NCBI GenBank assembly: GCA_973895155.1 | Contig: OZ316891.1 | Span: 17,139,651 to 17,203,650 of the forward strand | From: Marsupella aquatica | Taxonomy: Eukaryota; Plantae; Marchantiophyta | Direction of reading: 5' to 3' | Length of the DNA stretch: 64,000 nucleotides | Shown: positions 41,751 through 53,265 of the stretch, in pieces | Numbering within the stretch: position 1 is the first letter of the stretch | How the letters are laid out: each line of letters begins with the position of its first letter | The notes under the pieces: model-generated | The model's input: the letters and a program-made list of their open reading frames with translations, nothing else | The model's database searches: none | Told to the model about the DNA's origin: nothing | Position numbers and translations under genes: made by a program

Positions 41751-44700
41751 TGTGACGCCGCCGGTACCGTGGGTAATGAGTGATTCGGCCTAACAATGCT
41801 TAGCACGCGCGTTAGGGGTATCTTAGGCCATAATTATTAGCATAATGATAGTATTTAGGTAGCCATTATGAGTAGGAAATCATTAGTCAATAAGGGGCAT
41901 TCGTGTTCGGGCTGGCGGCGGGTTGCCATCACATGCCCGGGTTGCAAGCGTGTAATGGGCCCTCACCTTTCCCCCTTGGGTCCGTATAACAAAGGCAGAC
42001 ACTGACACGAGCTGACCCGGACCGGCAGAGTGGCCGGGACACTACAAGCGTGAAAGGCTCGGCCTATAAGCGACGAGGAGGCGTCAGGCAATCGACGAGC
42101 TCTCAGGGTATAAAAGGGGGCCAATCCTTTGCACTGCACCAGTTATTCAGTCCACGCGCCAGCTTCGACCCCAGTTCTCTCGCTTATCCTTAGTCGCCTT
42201 CTATCTCCTCTGAATGTTGCACACAATCCTTTCCAGTTTGGCCATACGATTCTGGACGCAGTTCCTGTCTATCGGAGGGCACTTGGCCGACTCATTGAAA
42301 CACGCCAACCCGCGCCAATACAAAATCGAATGCAAATATGAGAGAGCCATCCGCCTAGCAGGCCACCACCACTATCTCCTTAACTTTGATTACCCATCCT
42401 AGAGCAAGCTTTACCGACCCAAAGAGATATCAAGGTACTTCTTCAACAAAGGCAAATATATCGGCTTCTAGGAGGCACTGCTTCGGCTTCCGGACCAGGT
42501 CTTCAATATCCCGGGCACGATCGACTTACAGCGACACCACTTCAACCACATCCCCGCTCGGGTCCGGGACATCATCAACAGCGAGTCCAGCACTACCCAG
42601 TCTACAAGGGCATCTACACTTGCTTCGGAAAACCTCTACCAGCACCTGCAGAATTTCATGGCAACCGTACCATCGACTACCGGTGCCAGCCCAGTCGTGC
42701 CCATGCCCGCACCAGCACCAGCTCAGGCTCAGGCTCCGCCTCAGCCTAGCCAAACCCCACCACTAGTTGCCCCACCCATACAGGTGAGATCCGTTGTCAA
42801 CGCTGTAGATCTCAGCAATGACGAAGGGGCTACGTTACCCCTATTCAGGCGTCCCAAAGGAGCAAACACTCAGGGAGCCGGGACTACATCGCCCCCTCCC
42901 CAGGCCCGGACCCGAGTAACGGCTCCAGCGGACAACATGGTGACCGTAGCCGCTCCGGCCCCAATACTAATGGTGGTGGCACTACCTATACCCGATCGAG
43001 AAGATGGGGAGGTGTCACCCTCCCCGAGCCAGTCTCGGGGAAAGAAGAGGAAGGAACCCACAGCTATATCCGGGTTACCCATGACCACCGTAGCCGCAGC
43101 CAAGGTGACAATGCACCGCATGGGGGAGAACGTGCATAAGAACATCCTCCACCCCAAACATGCGGTGTACTTGAAGACTCAGGGGTTTGAGCACCTTGCC
43201 TCTCTCCCCTGGAACACCTGCAGGTACTACGGGGAGGACATGACATAATTCGTCAAGAATTATGACAACGTCCGTCAACATACTCGGCTGCGGGGGAGGA
43301 ATATGTCCCTCACAGAGGAGCGGCTCAGGATGATATTCGGGCTACCCAAGGGCTCCCGGGGGCAAAGGAGCCAAGTACCAATCCTCGAGTTTTCCCTCCA
43401 AGGGGTCAGTGGACAAGGGGTTCGTGATGAGGACCTGCCTCATCCCCGAGATAGCCGACCGACTGGAGTTCCAGAGGTACGCCCTCCACATGATGGAACC
43501 CCAGGGCGAGATCTCCACTGCCCAAGTTATCCAGGTTGAGAACTATCAACCTAGGAAGTGGGCGTCGTACTTCGCTAAGAAGTTCCATGAAGAGATGGAG
43601 CGGCGAAGGAAGTTGCTATACATCGGTGGGAAGGCGTATTTTGCAAGCCACATCGAGATCATTCTTGAGTGGTACACCCGGTTTGATCGACAAACCCTTC
43701 CCCGGGTCAACGTAACTAAGTTGGTCCCAGCTAGGTGGGTCTTCCCGGCCCTGGACAGACGGCCCCAACCCGAGGCCCAAAGTCTGGCGGCCACGCAGGC
43801 CTCACCCACCCCACCTCCACAAGTAGCCATAGCCATGGCCAAAGTGATACCAGACGAGGCAGTAATCGCAACCTTAAACGCGATCAACCAGGCCGGGCCG
43901 AGCGCAGAATTCAAAGCGGTAGAAAACTTGGCCGAGCCTAAGGGTCCAAAAAATCCACCAATGGCTATTCCGGAGGAAAGGATGATGATGGAGGAGGACA
44001 CTCCAGCCCCTTCCAACACTACATCCCCAGGGTTGGATGTCACTACCCCGGCCCCCGCGCGAGTTGACATCTGCCCGTGCCCAAATCCGCACGGGCATAC
44101 CTGGACCACCCGGAACTCTTCGTACCGGGTACATTTATGAACGGGCTTTTGGGAGATTTCTCCCAAAAGATTGCCCGGGATACCGGGGAGTTCATGGCCC
44201 GGAAGGTAGCCTACTTCTTTAATCAGGAGTTAGTTACCACGGTAAAAGCAGGTCGGGCCCAGTCAAAGGCCCTTTAGAGGATAGAGCGGTACCGGGTTGA
44301 GTCCGTGTTCCTAAAGGACAAAGTTGCGGCTCAAGAGGCTGAGCTTCTGCAACTATGACCCAAGGTTGCAGCCGCCAATGAGTTGTTAGCAAATGCGCAC
44401 GCCCTTACCGCCCTAGCCAAACAGGCCAAAGCTGGGAAGGAGGCCGAGATTGCACGGCTCTGGACCCAGGTTGACAGTTTGAAGAACCAAACTGTCATTT
44501 GGCAAAAAGACCCGGAGGAGGCCAAAGAGCGGGCCCAGCGTGACACTACGGAGATTGCCACCCTGCAGACCGAAGTGGCACAGCTTCAAGCCAAAGCCAA
44601 GAAACAGACCTAGGTGGTGGACAAGTTGACGAGCAACGCCCAACAACTGGAAGAGGCATGCCAGGAGGCAACTGAGGAGACGGACGTGGCAAAGCGAGAG

Positions 44701-45690
44701 AACGAATCTCTACTAGACCAAGTCCAACTCCTCAAGATGGACAACGACAGACTCTGTAGGCAGCGGGATGGCCGCTCCCACTCGGACGGCTTTGGCAAGC
44801 GCACCAGGCATTAGCGGAGGGTTAGGCTTAGAATAGAACTAGGAGTAGCTAAAACAGGCTATTAGGACAAGCGCCAGCCAGAAGATAGCGGCACTAACAC
44901 ATTAGCTAGCCTGTGTAGAATAGATTAGACTAATAGGACAAACCGTAACCAGCTTAACAAGGATATAAGTTAGCGTAGATTCGGGCACGAGGCCAGGCTG
45001 GTCCTCAGCCCTTAGTATTTAGCAGCCCCCCAGTAGAGGCAAGGGGGGATTTTAGACTCAAAAGTTGGCCATTCGCGGTATGCGTGGGGAGTCCCAAACT
45101 CGGTGAAGTACCGGAGTGCCAAGGGGAGGGTATACGACTAAGCTCGTTGGGCGAGTGCGGAGCCGGGCTCCATTGTAGTGTATACTCCTCGACCTTGGGC
45201 CCATGCGTTCACAAGGTGTCGGGTCAACCAATCGTAAGTGTATGATCATAAATGAATGAAATCCTTTCCCCTCAATTCCTTCGTGTAAATCAAGATTTAT
45301 GTTTATGTGTAAATGCATGTATGAGTCTCGTGTGCAAGTATCAATGTCGGGCCAAACACGTTATGCCAAGCATGCACGGGGTGCAGGTTACGGATATGGG
45401 GTTGCAAGCCGGGGTTGAGCACTTGTACTAATGGATCCGGATCGAAGGCGGTAACACAAAGGCTTAGAAGTCCGTAAGCCGGGGTCGACCCCGTGTCAAC
45501 TAAGGTACGTTCCGGCAGAACACAAACTATACCTAGGAGGTGTCTGTACATAACAGTAAACACACTTAGCGCTAGTTTACGTGAGTTAGGAGCATTCCGT
45601 GCGTCCCTCCTTGCCCGAACCCTCATATTTACAAAGGATGTGCCTGTCTAAGCCAAACCCCGGGTTAAGGCCTAGGCTGACGACGTGACA
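41751..45690 (+). mobile_element. 3.9-kb TG..CA element with 5-bp TSD (giant solo-LTR-like)
   Basis: Ends TGTGACGCCG / CGACGTGACA; TSD GGAGG at 41746-41750 and 45691-45695; removing it restores the copy A frame (KEPP-QIPLCRL); TATAAAA at ~42110. Confidence 0.88.
42658..44814 (+). pseudogene. Decayed gene related to 32536-35896 (PMD-like region plus coiled coil)
   Basis: GFEHLASLPW..FVKNY..LTEERLRMIFGLP..KGF, followed by coiled-coil fragments 44077-44814. Confidence 0.6.
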
Positions 45691-47021
45691 GGAGGCTCCT
45701 TCTCCAATCCTCTAAAATCTTTGCCAAAGGACAAGACATGCTTGGATATGTAATCGTCCATTGAAAGTCCAGCAACACCAAAATAAACTTGTGCAACTTC
45801 CTCAATCGTGTCCATTCTCCCCCTTCTTGATTGCGCGGTTGGAAGAGTTGAGCCAATGTCTGAATGTGAATGAGACGCAGCCGACCGAGTCACGCGATGG
45901 GTGTACACAAAACCTAAAAAAGAGGATTGTGAGGACTCGAAATGACCGACATGACTATCTCCCATCCTTGTATTACCCCATTGAGAGATATGGCGATTGC
46001 GTTGAACAAAACGTCAAACAGTATCGTACAACTCTCCTAGAGCCCCTGAGCCAATACGGAGTAACAGACTTAGGTACAAAATGTCACGTTCGAACAGGCT
46101 GCTCCTAGAGAATTACGTATCTCCCATGAGCGCCAAGTCCCCATAGAGGGTTAAGAGATGGAGTCTCTAGCACATTAGAATGTTGCTCAATAGTAACACC
46201 AACAGAGCCGAACACTTGGAAGATTACCATTGGACCAACAATGGTCTTATACTTTGGCAGTGTGATCAGCAATCTTCAATGTTACCGTTAAAATATGACC
46301 GTTGATTGATTTAGCCTTATTGATAGCGCCAAGCGCTAGCAAAAACAACTCTATATTACCCAATTTAAACTACTAATTTCAATAGCGCCGAGCGCCAACA
46401 AATCGACCACATATGTGTTTTTACACAATTCAAATGGATTTCCAGCCTTGAGGGACCAAATGGATGTTATTTAGAACATTTTATCCTTAAAAGTTTATTA
46501 GCGCTCGGCGCTATCATAAATGATATCCAATTCAAAGCTAATCATCACGCAAACATAATACAAACTCATCCATATCCAAAAATATTTTCAGAATTCCACT
46601 GGTACCAGAAGGATAATTTTGAGCATTCCAATGATAGCGCCAAGCGCTAATATGGAATGTGTCACGGGTAAGATCCCTCCATCGAAAACTACATGCATTT
46701 TCAAGACTTCCAAATGACATTTGGTACAAAGATTGACTCATTCCCATAAGATAGAACATCAAAAAACACGAACTGACTCATGCAAACTTCGGCAAGGGGA
46801 TGTCTAAGAGTTTGGAACTCCATTTACGGTCATTGGATTTACTTCACCAAGTCTAGAAACATCAAGTGTACACTTCAAGATTTTTTAAAAACTGGGGAGT
46901 AACCTCCCACTAGATTCCGAGACTACCATGTAGGCAAAAGATTGACTACCATTACTACCATTACTGCAACAACTGGTCGTGGCTGTCAACATCGGACTCC
47001 ACCAAATAGAGTGGGCCCGAC

Positions 47022-47290
47022 CTCCGTGACAAGAAACAGGAAACAGTGATGATCATAACAGGAAAAATAGTTGAACAAAACAGGAGAATTTGTACTATCA
47101 TTGACAAAAAACGGCTTAATTTTGACCCAAACCAAAGAGGTCAAATTCAACATCAACTCAAAAAGATGGGGAAAACGACAATTATCGGAAGATGCCTTTA
47201 CTAGCGCTTAGTCCTAACCAAGCGTTCGATACCGTTACAAAATATCATTAACAAAATACCCGCTCAACATCTACCGGAATGATCAAAGGA
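47022..47290 (+). repeat. Left TIR (~270 bp) of the MULE
   Basis: Inverted homology to 62855-63123; its inner part is duplicated again at ~47555-47635. Confidence 0.72.
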
Positions 47291-50261
47291 TAACGGTTTC
47301 TAAGGCAAGAAAAGGTCATCCTCGAGAATGCATGTGAAAGAAATCCACACGTTCAGACTTGGAAACTACAAACTGAAACCAAGTAAGGAAATGAAGTCTA
47401 GCGCCGGGCGCTAACAAAACTGAAGTCCAAGTGACAAAACTGAAGTCCAAGTGACCCGTACAATGAAATTTACACATCCGTAAAATTGTAAAAACAAATT
47501 TAGTTTTTTGTGCAACCCACAAAACATTGAGCCGTGTTGAAAAGAAACCAAATGTTGTTTACTAGCGCCAGGCGCTAACCAAAACAAGGTTACCGTTACG
47601 AAATGACAAGTCCAACATACCCGTTGAACGTAAACAAGAATACTAAGCCTTCCTATAAACCATCAGCATTATGCCTCGCTAGAATATAACGCAGTTCCGC
47701 AATGGTAAGAATCGGTTGGCTTGGGAGGATATTGTCCACAGGATCAAGCTTGCAGATAACTTTGTAAACCCAGTACAAGTGTTTACATGGCATGAAAGGT
47801 TTCCCTCGAGAATGTCAACGAAAGAAATCTTCACAAGAGCAACAAGGGAAAATGCAAATCTGCACCCAGTAAGTATTTGCAGTTCGTAAATGTGCATGTG
47901 TGCGTATCTGGAATTGTTTTCCGTATGAATTTCCCGATGAAACTTCCATAGTTTTGATCAAAGTCATTGTTTCTTTCGTTGCTGATTCAATCCTTTTATG
48001 ATATTCCTGAGTGAGATTTGATCTGGAGATCATCGCACGCCCGTTTCTTGTTTGAAAATGGATGTTGACTTGTGCAAGATCGATCTTTTCAGGGAAAATG
48101 TCAATGTTGATTCTCAGTTCAAATGGAGAAGGACAACGTGAAATAGCACCTCCTCTCGAGACTTCAATGCCCTGCTCGTGAAGGAAATTCAACTCCAGAC
48201 TTGAAAGATGAGTGCCTTTCTGTACTGGCAAAAAGTCTGGGCAAGTAGGGAGGTTCACAATACCTCGACGAGGGCGGCTCTTCCAGCAATCACGAGTGGG
48301 GCAGAACCAGATAAGCTCTGGATGGTGTTCACCTCTGAATAAGCGGTAACCTTTGATGACTATTCCGACAACCCCTGCATTTGAAGGATATCCGACCTTC
48401 TTAATTCGATTACGACACTCATCTCGATCACAACTTCCAGACAACGTCCCATTACACTGAGGTCCAGCACCGTGTCTGGAAACTCTCCGCAAATGCCACA
48501 ACCTGGGTACAACATCCACTTCAAAAAGCGAAGTGTCTACAAGAATGAATGGAGTGGTGTTCGGAACACTTTCTGGAACTTTGGAAGATTGAGTGACATG
48601 ATGGGAAACTGGAGAGCCACTTTCAGACAAATCGATAACTGGATTCGAAGGAGGAGTTCTAAGTATCGGAATGTGCTCAAACTCGACTGAGGTCAAATTT
48701 CTCCTCTTGCAACCTCGGGTGTTTGGCGTAGTTATGAGAACCGTGTCATGTCAATGGGAGTCTTGTGGAGAGACATTCTCGGTCGCCGGACCTTTTCTTT
48801 TCATAGACTTCGTCACAAAATCCCCATTCAACGGAGAATCCCTCTCCAAATCAAATTCTGCTGCATTTGCGAGTAACATATTAGAGGCTTCTTTGAAGAG
48901 TTTTGGGGACCCTGCTTGGTCAGCTGAACGAAAAGCCAATTCAAACACTGTTGGACCGGTACCCCGATGGAGCCCTTCACGATATGCTATATAGGCTGCT
49001 ATTTGTGAGATTGCTCTGTTGTGATCGGTCTTACATCCTTCGAACAAACCAACTGTTTTCTTTCCCTGCCATGCTTTCATGATTCCGTGAACAGCTTCAG
49101 AACCAGTGCAATTGGGAATCATCCCCCCTTCAAGTGCACTTTTGCTCTGAAAAAGAGTTTTGTCAAATTCAGTACAATATAGCGAATAAAAATAAAGTGG
49201 AACTTCAAAATGGGCGGACGAAAGGTATGAATGTTTTCATGATTATTGTGAAGATTGAAGAAGCTATCAAGCTATTCGTACGTTAGCGCCCGGCGCTGGC
49301 AAAAACATCAATAAATATCACAAGTAGAAAAGGGATATTAATACTAGCTGTAGTTTGCTATGAAGAACCAAAAACACACTTAAAGGTCTTCAAACTCGGT
49401 ATTCGTTCCCATAAAGAACAAGATGGGGTTGGTTTGATAGATTTAATCAATAATAAAGAACTAAAAATGTTTTCCACACATAGTAATCAAGTTTGATTAC
49501 TTTAATAAGGTACTTTGAAGATCGCTCCACAGCGGTGAGTGGTTTTCAATGACAACTCAGCATCATGTAACCATAAATTAATGAAAAGGGAATGATTAAC
49601 AAAATACAAGGAAAATAATCTCAAAGTATGCTAAGGGAGTCTGGAATTGACCAAGGTTGCTCCTTAGACATAAGTCAAAATGAAAAGACTTAAGGATTCA
49701 AATCCACGTTTGCTTTTCAGATCTAAAATGCTTACTAGAGTACCTTTTAAAATGCCGTAAACATGTCTTATCCTTTCTTTCTAAGTGGTACTCAGATTAA
49801 ATCTAAAAGGTAGCTACTTCAACATTTAGATGGTACTAAGCAACATGAAAGAAAATCCATCAATTCCAATAAGACTTAAACTCAATGAGTTAACTTTAAG
49901 AACTCAGGAGATTGCAATGAATCACCAAAAAGGAATCTATCATCACAAGATCCAAAGATTTCTTACAAATGGATTTTACTTCTTGTGTTTATAATCAGAG
50001 GTAAAAACACAAGAAGGAGGTAAGTCTCTCCAAATGTTAAACCTAATCTCGAACTCATAGATTCATGATCAATGGGTTTAACACAAGGTAGAGGCAAAAA
50101 TGCAAAACTTAACCATACTTCTACACTAGTGGTGGAGGGGTCTTATAGTAAAAACCTACAGGGTAAGAGGTCATAGGGTCGAAGAGACATGCCTCTTCAT
50201 ACTCCTCAAAAAGTCAAAACAGCGATTCAGTAAGTGAAAAGCCGGAAAATGGCTAAGTAAG

Positions 50262-50325
50262 AACCCGTAAAAGCGTAAAAGCGTAAAGACGTAATCGCGT
50301 AAAAGCGTAAAAACATAAAGGCATA
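50262..50325. repeat. CGTAA-core minisatellite (7-8-bp period)
   Basis: ccgtaaaagcgtaaaagcgtaaagacgtaatcgcgtaaaagcgtaaaa. Confidence 0.85.
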
Positions 50326-50554
50326 ATCTGGTGAATGCGGTAGACTTAAAGACTTACCGAATTCAACTATTTTTAACTTTCTACTCCTGGCTCGGAAAAT
50401 TCTGAAAATTTTCCAGTGAGTTTCTCTATGTATAGACTACATACTAAAGAAGTTTCATAGCTTTTAAAGCTCTATAACACATTTTAAAAAATAGGGAAAG
50501 ATGCACTACTCTTAAAACTAACTAAAACACTTGGTTTCTTCCTTAAGCTTGTTG

Positions 50555-52972
50555 TCAGATGTCGTCTGGTTCGAGTAGCTCCACGAGGGTAACAGTCCAA
50601 GCTTGAGTAACTTCCATCAGCTCACCCTGGCGTGGGGATCCTCGAGAGTAGGGTAGGCATCTCAATTGCCTTTCAGGATACATCAGGGGCATTCTTCTCC
50701 TTAGATAACATATGTCTATTCGAAGAGCTTCTCTATATATCCCAATCACGTCATAATTATTGCAAGTAGCAGCATATACTTGGGGATAATGGTATAGAAA
50801 TTCATCAGAGTTCAGCATCCTGGAATAGAAAGGGTGAAGCCTCCATTTGACATCTCTGAAATACCGGTTGAAGTTGGCTAGAGTTTGAGAGGTGACATTG
50901 TTCCAGATTCTCTGTTTCTCAGCTAATGAACTGGTTGAAACAAGGGTAACCTTGGGCTCTCGAGGAAGGTAAGCGTTCTGGGGAGAAGTAGATTTCTTAC
51001 TCTGCATGAGAAAAGAAACCACAAAATCTAGGGCATAAGCTGCCAAATTTCCAAAATATGCCAGAACTAAATCTGGATCCTCCACCTCTACATCACCCTG
51101 AAGTAGCATCACAGCAAGAATGGGCCGGAAATAGAGAGAGTCAGTCCAGAACTCATCAAATTGTGTCATCTCCAGTCTGGAAGTTCCAAAACACCTGAGG
51201 TCGAAGATATAACTGGCCTCTGTCTTCTTGAGATAGTAGTATTTCCAAAATTCTCCAACCAGTGGTCTGTTGGCCTGCATAATCTTACAGGTCTCCACAT
51301 ACCTGTGCACTTGGGACTCTGGATGTCTCGGGTATCTACTCTCGATGGTGGCATTCCGAGGTGTTTGAGTAGATGAGGTGACAACTGCTACTAAGTTTGG
51401 ATTGGATCTTAAGGCAGTATCAACATCTTCAAATCCCTGCCTTGGGGATAACTCAAGAGAATTATCATAAGATCTATAAGTTTCACCATCTGAGGGTGGA
51501 TCAGAGTCTTCAGGTATATCCTCTCTGACGTAAGGGTGTTCATATTGTGACCGATTGTAGGTGGGTCTTTTTGTGGGTTCGTAGTAAAAATCAGGGCTGT
51601 AAGGTTGCGAACCTGGGCTAGGAGTGGGACTAGTAGTTGGACATTGTTGGATCAAGTTGCTGACCACAGATGCTATCTGTCGAGGTTCACACTGTAGTAT
51701 TTCTAACAAGTCATCCACAATGGCCACACAGCTGATACTATCTGTTACTGGAATAGGCTCACTTGTTTCTAGGGGAGGGGGCTGTACAGTGACAGGAGTA
51801 CAGATCACAAACTCCATTGGTGCTAGTTCTCTTGGGGAAGAGGTCATTCTGACAGGACTTAGCTGATCATGAAATGGTGATCTCAAACTAACAGCCTCCA
51901 TTCTCAAATTATTAACAGCGTCATATAGTCCATCATTACTGCAACTGAGGAGAGATGTCAACTTATCAATAAGCTGCTAATTTGACTCTGCCTTCGAAGG
52001 AGTGGACCTAGTGGTCTCATGAGGAGTAGCATCAGTTGGTGTAGCAACATCGTCTTGTTGATGAATGCTCCTTACTTCTTCAGCTTCTAGTGGATCTGCA
52101 TCCATAGTCCGGCTAGGGAAATTCTCATTACTTATTGATTGGCAAACAACTTCCCTGCTATGCATAGGAGAATGTGTAGGGATTTCTAATGAAGTATCCT
52201 CCATAGGAACATCAGTATTCTCCTCAACGTTCTGATCATTCGAATTCAATGGGGTGACATGTACAATGTCCTCCATAGGAATTTCTTCTTCAATACCCAA
52301 GTCAATCAGGAGTAACCCCCTCTCTGTCTCTTCCTCCAGATATAAACAGTCATGAGTATAATAGAGCTGAGAGAGATAATTTTGTAAACAAGTGGTCCTC
52401 CCTGCTTCCAAGCTCCTTACTTGATCCTTCATTACATTAAACAGAAGTAGGGCCCAATTTACTTTTATAGCTCCACTGTGAGCAGCTACAATGGTGTTAG
52501 CCAAGGCCATAGGACAGAGAGTTGGCTTTTTCGGATGAAGAATGGGTACCAGAAATTCCATGAGCACTCTCAATTTAGGATAAGTACACTGGGACAAGTT
52601 CCAACCATTCTTGGCATTTCGAGTTCCTGAGAAGTATGGAGCAGATAAGTCCTGCTTCTTGGAATATAACGCCTCTCCTTCTAACGGGCATCCAAAGGCG
52701 TAAGCAATTTGCTCAACAGTCCACAGGCTGGGGTGAGCTCGAATCGTTTGCCTGAATTCAATCGGGATGATAGTCCCCTTCACAAAATCCTGCAAGTAGG
52801 AGTCGAGCTCGACATTCCAGGAGATCCTGAGCAAGCGCTCCAATCCTAAGTGTTGTAAAGAGTCTTGTAAATTAGAAAGACTATCAGGCGCTCGTGGTAT
52901 ACGAGCTGCCACTACTTTTGAGACTGCTAGAGCTTCAATTTGATACTATTCCTCAACACCCAGGTTCGCCAT
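50555..52972 (-). pseudogene. ~800-codon gene with two in-frame TAG stops; N-terminal domain related to the genes in 31558-36273 and 41751-45690
   Basis: ORFs 52946-52972, 51977-52912 and 50555-51961 are in one frame; LGLERLLRISW..LQDFV..WTVEQIAYAFGCP..KNGW..LMEFL. Confidence 0.7.
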
Positions 52973-53139
52973 AGCTGCAATGGTGATTTGCGTGCTGCGA
53001 AGGTTGCTTTCGAAGAGAAAGAGCAAGTGAATAGGGGTGGTGAAAATACAGGAGTGAGCGCCTGAACTCTGTGCTTGATTCCTATCAAGGTATGAAGTCC
53101 CCAATTTGTTTCTAAGTCCCGTTGCAAAGTTAGTCGTAG

Positions 53140-53265
53140 CGCCGTAACGTGAACTTTCCTTAAACGCGTAAGGCGTAAGCCGTAATCCCGTATTGGCGTA
53201 AACTCGTAACAGCGTAAACCCGTAAACCCGTAATGCTCTTATGCGTAAATGCGTAATCCCGTTAT
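53140..53265. repeat. CGTAA-core minisatellite (7-8-bp period)
   Basis: gcgtaaggcgtaagccgtaatcccgtattggcgtaaactcgtaacagcgtaaacccgtaaacccgtaa... Confidence 0.85.

Larger units (their letters stand above)
38680..45965 (-). pseudogene. ParB-like/DNA-methyltransferase-like fusion gene, copy A (internally deleted, split by 41751-45690, 3' end cut by LINE)
   Basis: Homologous to 56674-61023: EPP|QIPLCRLIHME, FCVFDGNHHLYSW, HCPWYLDTDKWD, VDAGFIYLPTG, MDPFLADDG, LITLPGDIVMDWIVGAGST; same intron positions. Confidence 0.8.

Noticed and set aside
47010-47021. 8-11-bp TSD for the MULE
   Set aside because: The left flank (gtgggcccgac) does not match the right flank (aaaaacctca); only a short acctc is shared, out of register.
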